In this document: piece by piece, positions 1-12,879 of the stretch
Position numbering within the stretch: position 1 is the stretch's first letter
Layout: each line of letters begins with the position of its first letter
Source: Octopus sinensis
Taxonomy: Eukaryota
Assembly: GCF_006345805.1 (NCBI RefSeq)
Contig: NC_043008.1
Location: forward strand, 60,884,001 to 60,948,000
Direction of reading: 5' to 3'
DNA length: 64,000 nucleotides
Translations under genes and position numbers: made by a program
The notes under the pieces: generated by a model
Seen by the model: only the letters and a program-made list of their open reading frames with translations
Databases searched by the model: none
What the model was told of the DNA's origin: nothing

Positions 1-304
1 GTTTTAAAGTAACAGTTTACAATCCAACAACACTCACATCCATAGATTACTTTCAATATAAAAGTTTCTCAGATTTCCCACCTTTACTCCTATATATCTC
101 TTTTTCTTTTTCCTTCCTCTACACATACACACACATAGACGAACACATTCACATATATATATATATACACACACACATTCACACAGACATACATAGTCAG
201 ATATACACAAAGATGTGTGCACAAATTAGAATCTGAGTGTATATAGTAATATATTTATCAACAAAATAGCTGCACATATGTATGTTTGTCTGTTTATGCA
301 TATG

Positions 305-338
<34 letters not shown>

Positions 339-652
339 TGTGAGCAAAATTTTCGAATGTTTTCATTCGAAGTAAGAAGCTACTATTGTTTGTTAATATT
401 ATCTTTGGTGAATATCTATAATTGATAATATTAAGAACAGTAACATAGGCGGTTCACAGGTTCAATAGCATTATATAGCTATGAGATTTAAAATAAGCAC
501 GAAGCAAAAGGATGCAAAAATGCATCAACCTGTTTAGAAATAAGAGTTAAAGCCCCAATTCAACCGCCAGAAGTCACCAAAATAATAGAAAATGATAGTA
601 AACGAGGAAAGGGATAAAGAATTAAGACATTACAAAGCATGCCCCTAAGATT

Positions 653-1070
653 ATGCCAGTCAGATGCTCACTCCTCCTCCCTTGTTTCCGTGGCTCCCAC
701 GTGATCATCGGCCATCTTTCGTCTCCTAACTTGTGTTTCTTTCTTTCTCGCCCTTGTAGCTGGAACAAGGAAGACGTGTTCTTGTCTGTCTCCTGCCCAA
801 GCTTGATTTACGCGCTTACCACCACAACCTCGTTTAGGCTTAGCAGCCCTTCCTTGTCCTGTTTGTGTTATCAATTTTTACCCTCTGTAAAATCCCAATT
901 TTATTTAATTTGCTTTGCAGGAGCAACTGTTTTATTGAAACAAATGAAGGGTCGTTCTTTAATCTGTCTTGTTTTCCTTTTGTCTTTCATTGTACGAAAA
1001 AATAGTTCATATTCAATGTACTCGTACTTTGTATTTATTAGTTGTACATGTTTCATGACGTCCTGTTCCC
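653..1070. mobile_element. Microsatellite-abutting repeat fragment, homologous to 29225-29455 (probable PLE-type terminal region)
   Basis: Reverse complement of 905-1070 shares ordered blocks (ACAGGACGTCA, GAATATGA-CT-TTTTTCG, AAAGAAC-ACC, TCCTGCA-AGCAA) with 29225-29455; both start at a (TA)/(CATA) microsatellite. PLE assignment is inference. Confidence 0.4.
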
Positions 1071-1071
1071 A

Positions 1072-1215
1072 CATATATATATATATATATGCATATATAT
1101 ATATATATATACATACATACATACATTCACATCTATATACATACACATTCATAACTATATACGTATATGTATATATATATATATATATATATCTATATAT
1201 TCCTCTCTCTGTCTC

Positions 1216-1252
<37 letters not shown>
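1072..1252. repeat. Compound (TA)n/(CATA)n microsatellite
   Basis: Directly visible. Confidence 0.95.
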
Positions 1253-1256
<4 letters not shown>

Positions 1257-1767
1257 TTATATAAAACATATAGGTTAATATTCCAATGTTCACTTCAATT
1301 GCTATAAATGTGTTTCTTTTTATGAGTAATTCTAATACAAGATGACATATAATAGCGTTTTCTTCAGGTGAAATAAGCTTAAAAATTTTGTTCGGAGAGA
1401 AAAGTATGCAAGTGAGGTATGTGGTTTGATCCTCTCTCTATATATATTTCGCTTAGGCATTGTGAACCTAATAATCTGGTGAAGAACTCAATATGTGCGC
1501 ACTTTAAAATGAAGTGTTAGCGGATTATAGGAATATTAAATGACAAAGGAAGGCAAAAAATAAAATTGGGTTATTAACTGCATTAGCACACAACTCTTTC
1601 CGCTATAATATGCATTTAACACATAGTAGAGTGTCTGAATTACATCTTATATGTTCATTGATTCCTCGAATATGGTGAGTTCACCATATCCTATAGCAGG
1701 GACAGCTGTAAGCTAATGAAGCTCATAACATAATCGTTTTTTCCTTTGTGATGTCTTTTATACTCAA

Positions 1768-2280
1768 CTAGCAGTATCGCCCGGCGTTGCTCGGGTTTGT
1801 AAGGGAAATAACTATATAAGCATTTTTAGAGAGTTTCTTCCCTTATAGATGCCAATTCGGGCTTTCTTAGCCATTTCTGTTTTGGTGTCTTCAAGCCATG
1901 AAGTCGTTGTTCTAAAAGAACGCTGGTCTTCTTGACAACGCTTTACGACGTTGATTTCCTTACACTCCCTTCCCCACAGCTTCACGAGGGAGGGAAGAAG
2001 GGGGAGAAGCAAACAGGTGCAGCTGTGAGCGTGGACGCCAACTCCGCCGCCATCGACACACGAAAAATTATGCATTAAAATGGAATAAAAAATGATGTTA
2101 AATTATTTTTAAAATCGTAGACTCATCGTAGACGCGCGCTAATACTCAGACGGGCTCGATATTAATCACGACTATAAGATACCCGAATTTGGTTAAACTG
2201 CACCGCAAAATGTGGGAGTAGTTAGGAATCTAAATCGAAGGGGACAGACACTCACACAACTACAGTTTTATATATATAGA
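1768..2280 (-). mobile_element. Non-autonomous Helitron
   Basis: Minus strand reads A|TCTATATATATAAAAC ... CCCGAGCAACGCCGGG hairpin (1780-1795) ... CTAG|T (1768-1771): TC start, subterminal GC hairpin, CTAG end, insertion between A and T, no TSD. Confidence 0.8.
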
Positions 2281-2381
2281 TACCGTACATATGGGTGCAT
2301 AAGATGCACCTCCGCATACATGGCAGTCTTGTTTTACAAATATATGTTGTGGAAAAAACAGATTTAATATTGTTCATTATA

Positions 2382-2764
2382 GGCGCAGGAGTAGCTGTGT
2401 GGTAAGTAGTTCGCTTACCAGCCACATGCCTCTGGGTACAGTCCCATTGCGTGGCACCTTGGACAAGTGCCTCGGGCCAGCCAGAGCCTTGTGAGTGGGT
2501 TTGGTAGATGGAAACTGAAAGAAGCCCGTGGTATATATGTATATGTATATATATATTTGTGTGTGTGTGTTTGTGTGTCTGTTTGTCCCCTGTGTTTGAC
2601 AACCGATGCTGGTGCGTTTACGTTGCCGTACTTAGCGGTTCGGCAAAAAAGACCGATAGAATAAGTACTAGGTTTACAAAGAATAAGTCCTGGGGTAGAT
2701 TTGCTCGACTAAAGGCGGTGCTCCAGCATGACCGTTGTCAAATTCCTGAAACAAGTAAAAGAGT
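2382..2764 (+). mobile_element. SINE family A (tRNA-like head, internal TA/TG microsatellite, GTAAAAGA tail)
   Basis: Collinear with copies at 25885-26270, 32123-32513 and 53345-53670; A/B-box-like head. Confidence 0.85.
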
Positions 2765-3683
2765 ATACGTTTAATGAAATATAATCTCAAGCTGCTAGTT
2801 GGAGAATGGGGCAGATATTTGTAAGTGAGTAAATAATTCTAGCGAACGTATGAAACCAAAATAAGTATACATACATTACGTTGCCGGACTTTTGTATGTA
2901 AAAGTCAACTTCTTTATGAACAACTGCATAGTTGCTCACATTCTAATTCAGAATTGCCATACTGGTTGAAAAAGTCATATATTTGGCTGTTTTTGTTTTG
3001 CATAAACTTGGTCGGCTAAACTTTTGGCCCACCACGACAATGATTTTGTAGCGTTAACTTTCATCTTCCTTGGTAAATATTTATTTAAATAATTGAAAAA
3101 ATAACGTTTCTAAAAGACAACATATATCATGTGTTGCTTATGTATGTTGAAGACTGCGGTACAAGATGATGTGAACATCCTACACAACTGCCAACATATG
3201 TTAAGCATTTTTTCGTAAATTTATACTATTTATGATAATTGTGTTTGTGTTCAATATTTTATTATCAATATCAATTATTGTACCTTGTAAAATTATTCTC
3301 ATTCGCTTCCTTTGTTCATGACTCTCGGATCTCCAAAATACATACGGCTGCATTAGATGCTGGGCAATATTTGGATACAATTAACAACAATAAAATGAAA
3401 AAAATATACACGTCTGATACGCCGGTGATATGTATTAATTTGATAATATATCACGTTCTAGAAATAGTACAATGTAATAGCAGTCCTTACGAATTTATTT
3501 TGAGATACTTCATTCCAATGCCTGTTTGTTTGAGAGTCTGACGATATTTTTCAAACAGCAAGTTAGCTAGAGACTGTCGGACTGGCCGTATGGATCTTGA
3601 TTTATTGCTCTGATGTTTAGGCTGCGTGCCGTCTCATATTAAAACCAATTTCAAACAGCCTTTGATAAACATTTATTTATACA

Positions 3684-4162
3684 TGTAACGATGTAAATAT
3701 TTACATAATTATAGAGATGCTTGCCAGGACTGCAATGCGATCTGCCAGCAGTAAATGGAGTTCTTAGTTGAATTAATAACAGATGAAAATGGCTTCTTGC
3801 AAGTGGTGGGAAAATACTCTGTTCTTCATAGTTGACAATTCCTAAAACCAGAGGTGAAACAGCAAGAAGCGAAGGACTCTGCCTTCTAATGGACTTGTCT
3901 GTGTTCACCTCTGTGCCCTTTTCTGTTCGTCTGTCTTCTGTCTGTCTCTGGTACGTTTCCACGCGCTCTCGGTTTTATAACCAGCACTTTTGCAGGAGCA
4001 TCTGAATCTTTTTTTTTAATACGTGGTGATATTACAGCAAGATTATTGATTTGTATTCAGGGCAAGGTTTCTGATCTGATGTGGCATGAGCCCAGTTAAT
4101 AAAGCTGTACGCTCTCGAATCTAGGTCCCACTACAAAGAATTATGACAGGACAACTGCTACA
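3684..4162 (+). mobile_element. Possible solo LTR
   Basis: TGTAAC...GCTACA termini (5/6 inverted match), TATA-like TTATAA near 3975, AATAAA near 4100, about 480 bp; no clean 4-5 bp TSD seen. Confidence 0.35.
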
Positions 4163-4228
4163 AATACTAGCGTGTCAAAAGTGTGTATGAATGAAATATG
4201 AATACATGGCTATACGTATGTCACTGAA

Positions 4229-4459
4229 AGGCGGCGAACTGGCTGAAACGTTAGCGCACCGGGCGAAATACTTAGCGGTATTTCGTCTGTCGTTACGTTC
4301 TGAGTTCAAATTCCGCCGAGGTCGACTTTGCCTTTCATCCTCTCGGGGTCGATAAATAAAGTACAAGTTTCGCACTGCGTCGATGTAATAGACTTAATCC
4401 TTTTGTCTGTCCTTGTTTTTCCCCTCTATGTTTAGCCCCTTGTGGGTAGTAAAGAAATA
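4229..4459 (+). mobile_element. SINE family B
   Basis: Head AGGCGGCGAACTGGC..., B-box GTTCAAATTCC, core GGTCGACTTTGCCTTTCATCC; 18-bp TSD tata(c/t)gtatgtcactgaa at 4211-4228 and 4460-4477. Confidence 0.9.
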
Positions 4460-4485
4460 TATATGTATGTCACTGAATATGTAGT

Positions 4486-4683
4486 GAAGGCGCGTGGCTG
4501 AACTCATGATCGTAATATTGTGGTTTCGATTCTTGGTGCGAGCGGTGCGTTGTTTCCTTGAGCAAAACACTTCATTTCACGTTGCTCCAGTCCACTCAGC
4601 TTGCAAAAATGAATAATCCTTGGACGGACCGGCGTCCCGTCCAAGTAGGGAATTTATACGCCATGGAAACCGGAAACCCAGAC
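4486..4683 (+). mobile_element. SINE family D variant (tRNA-like head, Meta-domain-like core, GAAACCGG tail)
   Basis: Core CCTTGAGCAAAACACTTCATTTCACGTTGCTCCAGTCCACTCAGC shared with 28101-28434; 3' part shared with 61934-62040. Meta-domain label is from memory. Confidence 0.65.
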
Positions 4684-5682
4684 CTTTTTTGTCTGAATAT
4701 GAATATCACTAGTGTGGTCGTGGCTGTTTATATCCATTAGATGCCTGACTTTGTATACATAAATGCAAACATATATTCATAATGTAGCGTGTAGAGGTAT
4801 AACACGTGTGTGGAAGTAAACGTTTATTTGTTGTATATATTTCCCTCTCCTTGTGTATAAGTACATATATAATATACGCGTGTGTATATACATAGTCACA
4901 TATTGGAAAGTCTGAGATGGAAAGAGAAAGAGTGAAAGGGTGAAGGACGAAAGTAGAGTGGCGTTTATATTGTTCTATTTTTTGCTTTTCATTTCACCTA
5001 AACCCCATTAAATACATCTAGTGTCTTCTTTGCTAAAATAAATAAAATATTAATAACAATGTTATGAATAACAAAATCAATATATTTTTATATATGAGAA
5101 CAGCCGCAAGGACCCAAACATCCAAACAAAAATCCGAAACATTTTAATGCAAAGATATAAAATATCGTTACATTAATCCGAATATTCTGTCGTCCAGTTG
5201 GTTGTCACGAAAGAATAAATATTTTGCACACGTAGACAGGCTGTTTTCTCCCACGAATTTCCGACTGCTTACAGCATTAATTCTTCATGTCAGACATGTA
5301 TTTTGTTAATTCTATAACGAAACTACATAACTGTTAAATATTTCTCCAGTAGGAATTACATTAATGTGTTGAATTTTTCACTTAACTTGAAAGTTCTCTT
5401 TTCCTCATAGATTTTTACATTATGAAAAAAAAAAAAAAATACTGCATTAGTACACATGTTGCTTGCATTGATTAAGTTGTATGCTGGTGCAACCAAAACA
5501 CACACACATGCAAGTAATAGCAACATTCGTAGGAGAAACAGCAAACAAAGCTCGTTATTAAATACTTCAACCCGAAATGTCCTAACAAATTTATCTTAAC
5601 ATTCTTGTGCTTAGTTTAGACAAATAACTTGTTCCTGTATGTATTTGCATGTCTGTTAGAGTTTCTAGTTTTCTGTGTGTGG

Positions 5683-5863
5683 TATATATATATATATATA
5701 TATACATATATACATACATAAATATATATATATATATATATTCAACTTCCCCTCCTCCCACTCACATACATGTCAATACATATGTATAAATAATTATTGT
5801 ATTTGTATATAAAGATATGTATTTTACATATATGAACATACATATACAAATACATATAGACAG

Positions 5864-5901
<38 letters not shown>

Positions 5902-5955
5902 ATATATATACATACACACACACACACACATATATATATACATATATATATATAA
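5683..5955. repeat. Compound (TA)n/(CA)n microsatellite region
   Basis: Directly visible. Confidence 0.9.
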
Positions 5956-6319
5956 TTATGAGTTAGAGGTTATGCAACCGTATAGGTCTTGCTATAACGT
6001 TAACAGTATTTGGTAATTTAAATGGTAATTATGTCTATATATATATATATATATAAGGCTAAGGACGAGTTCGAAATGAGACCGAGTCCCTTAGTCGACA
6101 CTCCAGCGAATACTGGCTAAGTGTGTGCCTTGAAATGGATACATTTCTGGAGATTGTTTCCATAGAAACTTAATTTCCCTGGAGAAATTATTAGATGCAA
6201 AGATTAAAACAGTAAGTCGAAGCATGGATGTGATAATGTTATTTTTATTCATTCTTTGAGCTCGTTTCATCAATATTTGTTTCATACACATCATTTATAA
6301 AAAGCTAATATTGGGATGG

Positions 6320-6640
6320 GATGAACAAAGTCGACCACTGCGGATTTGAACTCAGAGCGTGAAGACGGACGATATTTCGCTAAGCCCTTTGTTCGGCGTG
6401 CTAAAAATTATTCCAGCTTGCTGCCTTATATGAATAAATTAGTATTGGTTTGTGATTGTGCAGAAGGCCAACAATTTCGAGAGAGGGTGTAAACCGTTTA
6501 CATCAATATTCCATCGACTCCGAAAGTATGAAAGGCAAATTCGTCCTCGGTGGAATTTGAACTCTGGATATAAGGATGGACGAAATGCGCTAAGCATTTT
6601 GCTAGGTATGTTAAAGATTTTGCCAGCTTACCGTCTTGAA
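6320..6640 (-). mobile_element. Two degenerate SINE family B 5' fragments
   Basis: AAAGTCGACC...GATTTGAACTC...GCTAAGC and AAAGGCAAATTCGTCCTCGGTGGAATTTGAACTC match the reverse complement of the family B head. Confidence 0.6.
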
Positions 6641-6756
6641 TAAAGTAATATTATACTATTTCCATTTTGCTCGACAACGGCCATACAGATGAAGTTGGAA
6701 AAACAAGATACATATAGTTAAGACCACGGTGGGAGGCACCTACATGCGTATACTTA

Positions 6757-6830
6757 CTGACTATATTACATTCTTATGACTATATTACTTTCTTATGATT
6801 ATATTACTTATGACGATATTACTTTCTTCA
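6757..6830. repeat. About 19-bp minisatellite, about 4 units (TGACTATATTACTTTCTTA)
   Basis: Directly visible degenerate tandem units. Confidence 0.75.
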
Positions 6831-6879
6831 ATACAATTAAAAGGTTTCTAATTATCTTATATCCCCCATGGCAGATAAA

Positions 6880-7250
6880 ATATTAATGCAAAAGATGAAA
6901 GAAACAAGCAGTCATTTTTACTGTGTTGAACACGGATTTAGAAATTGCCAACTTGCTAAATGTTGCAAGATATTTTGCACACAAAATCTGTATGGAATTG
7001 GAAGCCTTTGGCGGGAATGTTTCAATTACACCAAAAAAAAAAAACGATTTTAAAAGTTTGAATATTATAGGGATACCATACTTTACCTCACATGCCAAAA
7101 TCATTATCTATAACGAACCGAGAAAATCGATGAGGGTGATGATCGCCAAAGAAATGCTAGTGCCGGAATAGATTATTAGAAGTGTGGTACACGAGGGCAG
7201 TAGATATAAATTGCATGTACCGAGAAGGGTGCGCCGTGGTGCTGGAGACA
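6880..7250 (+). pseudogene. Tc1/mariner (maT, DD37D-like) transposase N-terminal fragment
   Basis: DLEIANLLNVAR.F.HKI..ELEA.GGNVS and IIYNEPRKSMRVMIAKEMLVPE*IIRSVVHE..RYK resemble the maT helix-turn-helix region; stops and frameshifts present. Confidence 0.6.
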
Positions 7251-7787
7251 GTCGTTAAACCCCGGAGGACTGAAGTCTGTTGTGTAAAGTCATATATGTT
7301 TCTACAAGAAAGTACCTTTTCATAAATTCCATTTAGCCCACGAATGAATATCAGAAAATGTATACTACCATCTAACACCAAATTTCTAGCCTTCAAACTT
7401 GCTAGATTTAAATTGAATGGATTATTACGTTTGGAACGTTGTTGGAAGGGAGACTAATCGTCATTCTCATAATACAATAACTCATCTCAAAGCTGCCGTG
7501 TCCGAAATGATGAAGGACCGTTTAATGCAGTCATATCAACGATTTCATTTCAACATTTCAGCAGTAATAGGAGTGGCAGGCTACTTCATAAAGTAATCTT
7601 ATATGAATGTTCATGGAGGATAAGCACAAACATTTTTCATCAAAATACATTTGCATTTTGCTAGAATTAGATTTGTATTATTACATTACAAAATCAGCCA
7701 TTAGTTCCACAAATACCTCTCATATACCTGCCTCTTCACACTCTCTCCTTCTCTTTTTCGCACCCTCTCCCTCCCTCCTTCTCTCTT

Positions 7788-7824
<37 letters not shown>

Positions 7825-7860
7825 GCTCACTTTTTATAAATACACACATATGTATGTATG

Positions 7861-7900
<40 letters not shown>

Positions 7901-8759
7901 TAGAACAGCATATCTGCAAAGCCACACATTCACACACAGACATGTATAACACAGTCTATGATTAAACAAACGTGAAGTTACCTCTAAGTTTTCTGTTATC
8001 ATTCATTATACAAAAGGTGAATAAGTATGATAAAAAACATAATAAGCAAATAAGGACATGATGCATATAATGTTTCAGAATATAAAATGTTTTGCTAGTT
8101 CTCTTTGATATATTTCGTGAAATGTTAAATAATTGGGGTACCTTTGAAAACAGATTACTTTATTTTTTTTGTAATTAGTATAAAAAGAAAGCCTCGTCGT
8201 TAGCTTCTTTTTTCTTCATTTACGCCCATCATTGTGGAACGCAGGATAATTAGGTGAAGGAGATGTGGTTTATGTTATAATTGTATTCTTTCATATTGAT
8301 TCTCAAAGAAAATAATATTAAAATAGAGTTCATTCTATATACATATAGTCATCAAATGAAAGGAACAGGCTATCCTGTTTGTTATTACTGATGCTGTTGT
8401 TGCTGTTACTTTTTAACCCTGGGTCAGCCTTGAACGAATAGACTGTTTGAATAAATACGTTCTAACTACGGCTATTCATTCCTTGTTTCATATAATTAAC
8501 ACTACTTTTGTATTACTTTTCTATTTTTCAATTAAGGCAGTAAAGACGACGTGCTGGCGGATTCGTTAGAGCGTTGGTGAAATTACAATTTATGTTAGCA
8601 CTCCCAGTTTTCACTATGTTCGAATCGCAACGGATCCAGCTATGCCTTTCTTCCTCTAAGTATTGTTAGAGTAATGTAACGGTATCAAACTACCGTTTTG
8701 ATAATATTTAATACCCCCATTCCATTAAAGTTGCTAACTTTCTTTAAAATTCAGCTGCT

Positions 8760-9030
8760 AAAGGCAATAATTGCTCATAGGAAAGATTCTAATGCAGTGC
8801 CAAGTACAAACAAATACAATCTAGAGAGGTGTGAATTTAAAATTAAATTGTTAAAATTAAGTTATGTTAACGGGATGGTAGGGTGGTTCCTAAATGGGTT
8901 GGTCTAATTGGGTTCACAAAAAATGGAGGTAGACCAGTATGCTGGCTGAAAATTAGGTCCAGAATGACGCTAATGAAAACAAGTTAACCCATGGTGTAAA
9001 AGGTTCAGTTAAGTAAAATTAGTTGTCATT
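8760..9030. repeat. Dispersed repeat, copy 1 (second copy 12295-12572)
   Basis: Long shared blocks such as ATAATTGCTCATAGGAAAG, AATCTAGAGAGGTGTG, TATGCTGGCTGAAAATTAGGTCCAGAATGA, AACCCATGGTGTAAA, CAGTTAAGTAAAATTAGTTG. Confidence 0.85.
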
Positions 9031-9035
9031 ACAAC

Positions 9036-9078
<43 letters not shown>

Positions 9079-9282
9079 GTATATGTCTCCCAATTAAAAT
9101 TAAATGTTGTGTTAGAACATTGAATACTGATTTATTTACCATGAGTGAACAGGACTTCGGTTATAGACGCCTGGTGCATAAAGGCTCTCGTTGACAGACG
9201 ATAACAGTCCTCTACCGCCGGCGGATCTGCCAGATCACATAGCTTCGCCCTTTTTGTGCTAGTCAATGAAATATGTCTGGAT

Positions 9283-9550
<268 letters not shown>

Positions 9551-10204
9551 TACGTATTTAATAGATCACTAGACTGAAACGCTATCAGATAGGTAGATAG
9601 ATGGAATGAGAGAGAGAGAGAGAAAGAGAGGGGAGAGAAAGAGAGAGAGTTGAGGAGGAAAGAGGTTAGGCATAAATATTTCAAAATGGAGGCAGTGAGA
9701 AGTAAGCTTTCTTGTAGATAATTTCTGATTGTTGCTGAATGTGAAAATTTCCAATCAGGTGTAGAGAAATTTTGGTGGAGTCAATTAACAATCTAAGACT
9801 TGTGTGTGTGTGTGTGTGTAATCTAGTGATACGTATTTTTCTAAAAGACAAGAAGCTGTTTAGTGTTGGAATAGTCGTCTTATAATTTACACTTTCTCTA
9901 AAGAAGAAACACAGCTTTGTAATTTCGCCGTATCTATGACTAAATAATTTTCAGACAGTTGGGAGTATATATTTAATTAGAGTATCTATAGTTAATTCGT
10001 TTATATCTATCTCTTGTGCTTAGATATCGCTCTTTAATATCTTCTTCACTTAATCATTATCTCTTTTTTTCTCGTTGACTATACCTACTGAATCTGCATA
10101 GCAGACGAAATGTGTGGAAGGTTACAAAGATAAGTATACCTTTACAAAATATACCAGATGTGTAAAAATAATCAGTTACCTATTTTGATAAAAATACGTA
10201 AAGA

Positions 10205-10485
10205 TACATTTCGGTCATGAATGACCGTGGAATTGCACCTCGAAAGTTACCCTCTGAGGCACAAGTCTCGGCAGGGTTGTTTCTAGAAGACCAGCAGTCA
10301 CTCATGCATACCAGCCTCCTCTCTCCACGCCACCGATATCTTCCAAGAGAAAGGCAAAGGCCGATACAGCTCAGCACTAGTGATGATGCAACTCATTTCT
10401 ATAGTTGAACGAACTGGAGCAAGAACACAACACACGACTTCATGATTGCGAGCCCAATCCTCTAACCACTATGTCATGCGCCTTC
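10205..10485 (-). mobile_element. SINE family D, internally deleted copy
   Basis: Collinear with 28101-28434 (CCCTCTGAGGCACAAGTC, GAAGACCAGCAGTC, AAAGGCAAAGG, GCAACTCATTTCTA). Confidence 0.8.
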
Positions 10486-10926
10486 GTCACCTATTTTAAT
10501 AGACGATAACAATTTATAGAAACCCTTTTAGAAGGTTTCAGGTAACCATGTACTGTCTTGATTTACCTCAAAGAGCAAGCGACTTGCAACGCTTCAGGGA
10601 AATGTATTTCTTCAGAAACAGAGGTATTAGGCCAAAAGTGGACTCAAATACGTCGGTGAACAGCAATGTTGAAAACAGCTATAAATTCTTCCTAGACTGA
10701 ATCGTAGATTTTATGTATATTCGTTGCAGGTATTGATTCATTTTCATTGCGACTATACAATCTCCAGAAATACATTAATATAGCATATATATTCACGTAT
10801 ATGTGTATATAGTTATATATGCACACTTGTATGTACGTATGTATGGATATATGTATGCACGTGCGTATGTATGTATATATGTATGTATATATCTATTTAT
10901 CTATCTCTCTCTCTATAGATACATAC

Positions 10927-10964
<38 letters not shown>

Positions 10965-12294
10965 TAGTAAGTAGAGTTAGCGGTTGGGATAACCGTCTAA
11001 AGGATAAGACTATTCGTTATTATTACCGTTATAAATTACCTATGTTAACCCTAGGCATAGATAGGCAAGTGTACTATACTCATAGTATACTGGTAATACC
11101 AGAATAAACAAGAGTTTATCAGAATCAAATTTAAAATAAGCAGAAAATGGAGAAAACTTTTGATCAACAAACAATTTGACTACCATCGTTAAAGTTTTTT
11201 TAATTCAAAACTTTAAATTTGCTTACAGCCTTTTCTGCTACTTATGTCTGTCGTTGCCCCACAGAACATTGAGAAATAAATATTCCTCCTGTTTATAGCA
11301 CATCCGATCTTGTACATGGAGCTTCATCAGAGTGAATACAAATACATAAAATATAAAAAAGAGAAAAGAGAAGAGGAAAGAATAAGGTCTTGAGACGAGG
11401 AGAGACGGCTTAATAAGTTAGAATCATATCATTTTGCAGTGGAAAGCTAGAAGTCGAAGAGCAAATGAATAAACTAGCAAATAAACTAGAAAATCTTTCT
11501 TTAGGGCTATTATGGTGTATAAATAAAACGAAAATAAAACTTGTATTTAAGTATAACAGGATTCGCTAATAAGCTTAGAAAAAGAAGAGTACTTATGATT
11601 TCGTAAATAGTGCTCATTAATATTTACCTAAAGCCATTGCCGTAAAGTTGTTACAATAGCTTACTTACTGATATATTCTAAAGACCAACCACCGTAATGG
11701 AATTGACCAAAGTCCAGCTATCTCTATAATTGGTCAGTTAAATTTGAAACCAAGGACAAGCTAATACCGTTATGAGGGTAGATGTAAATAAAGAAGTAAA
11801 TAAAACAGTAAGTAAAATGTGTGGGCGGTAAATCTACGTCATGAGTGCCGCAAGGCCGCTTTTGTCATTGAATACGAGGAACCGTACAACAGTAAATAAC
11901 TAACAGTGTAGGGGAGACTACCGTTAGGGCAGGTAGTAGCTAGTGCATTTACCTTCAACTTATAATGCTAAATCTAACATTTTAAATAGCTAGCATAGTT
12001 CCAAGTGGTGGTTATACTAGGCGAACAAGTAAATATTTAATCGCTCCTGATTACATTCTGCCTATTAGACATATGAGATGGCAAAAGCACACGACATCAA
12101 AATAGTTAAATGATTACAAGTTAAATCACTTGTTAATTACTTATATGGTTACAAATTAGGGTCCTACTACAGTTTACTAAATGCTACTTGATATATATTA
12201 TTATTAATACAATATTGTTCATATTACTAAACTTGTTATATTAACCCTTGCTTGGGATCTGCCACAAAAAAATTTCACTTCAATTCATATACAA

Positions 12295-12572
12295 TATGCA
12301 TAAAGGAAATAATTGCTCATAGGAAAGCGTCTAATGTAGTGCCAAGTGAAAACAAATATAATCTAGAGAGGTGTGCAATTAATATCAAGTTGTTAAAATT
12401 AAGTCATATTGTCGGGATGGGGTGGGGTTGTCCCTAAATTGGTAGGTCTAACGGGGTTCAGAAAAAACGGGTGTAGACCAATATGCTGGCTGAAAATTAG
12501 GTCCAGAATGAAGCAAATAAAAACAAGCTAACCCATGGTGTAAAGGGTGCAGTTAAGTAAAATTAGTTGCCA
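12295..12572. repeat. Dispersed repeat, copy 2 (same orientation as 8760-9030)
   Basis: Same shared blocks as 8760-9030. Confidence 0.85.
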
Positions 12573-12879
12573 GCATATCCTTAGCTGAGATGATGGTTAC
12601 AGGCTTTCTCAGAAAAGAATAGAAGAATAAAAGAATCAGGATAAACTACATATCATAACGAACTAAAATGATTGAATAAGAGAAAACACGCAAAAAAAAC
12701 TGAGAAAGGCGCATATAGAAAGTGCGAAGGGTTAAAACAACACGAAAAACGAAAATACAAAGACTAAAATATAAAAAGTAACAAGTAAAAAAGATAAATC
12801 AGTTCGCTTTAGACGTTAAATTATGAGGCTGGCAAGGTAGCAACAAGTTAATGAGGATTAGGAGGAATTTCCTAATTCT

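Noticed and set aside
9205-9262. CCGCCGGCGG palindrome with downstream CTAGT as a Helitron end
   Set aside because: Hairpin-to-CTAG spacing is about 40 nt and no matching TC start was found.
11820-11930. Group II intron domain V-like GTACGGTTC on the minus strand
   Set aside because: The matching 5' strand (GAGCCG..GAAA) is absent; no domain V can be folded.
12575-12620. Possible hammerhead start CTGAGAAAGCCTG downstream of the Naiad-type PLE (minus)
   Set aside because: Core is one base short and no closing stem II or GAAA follows.
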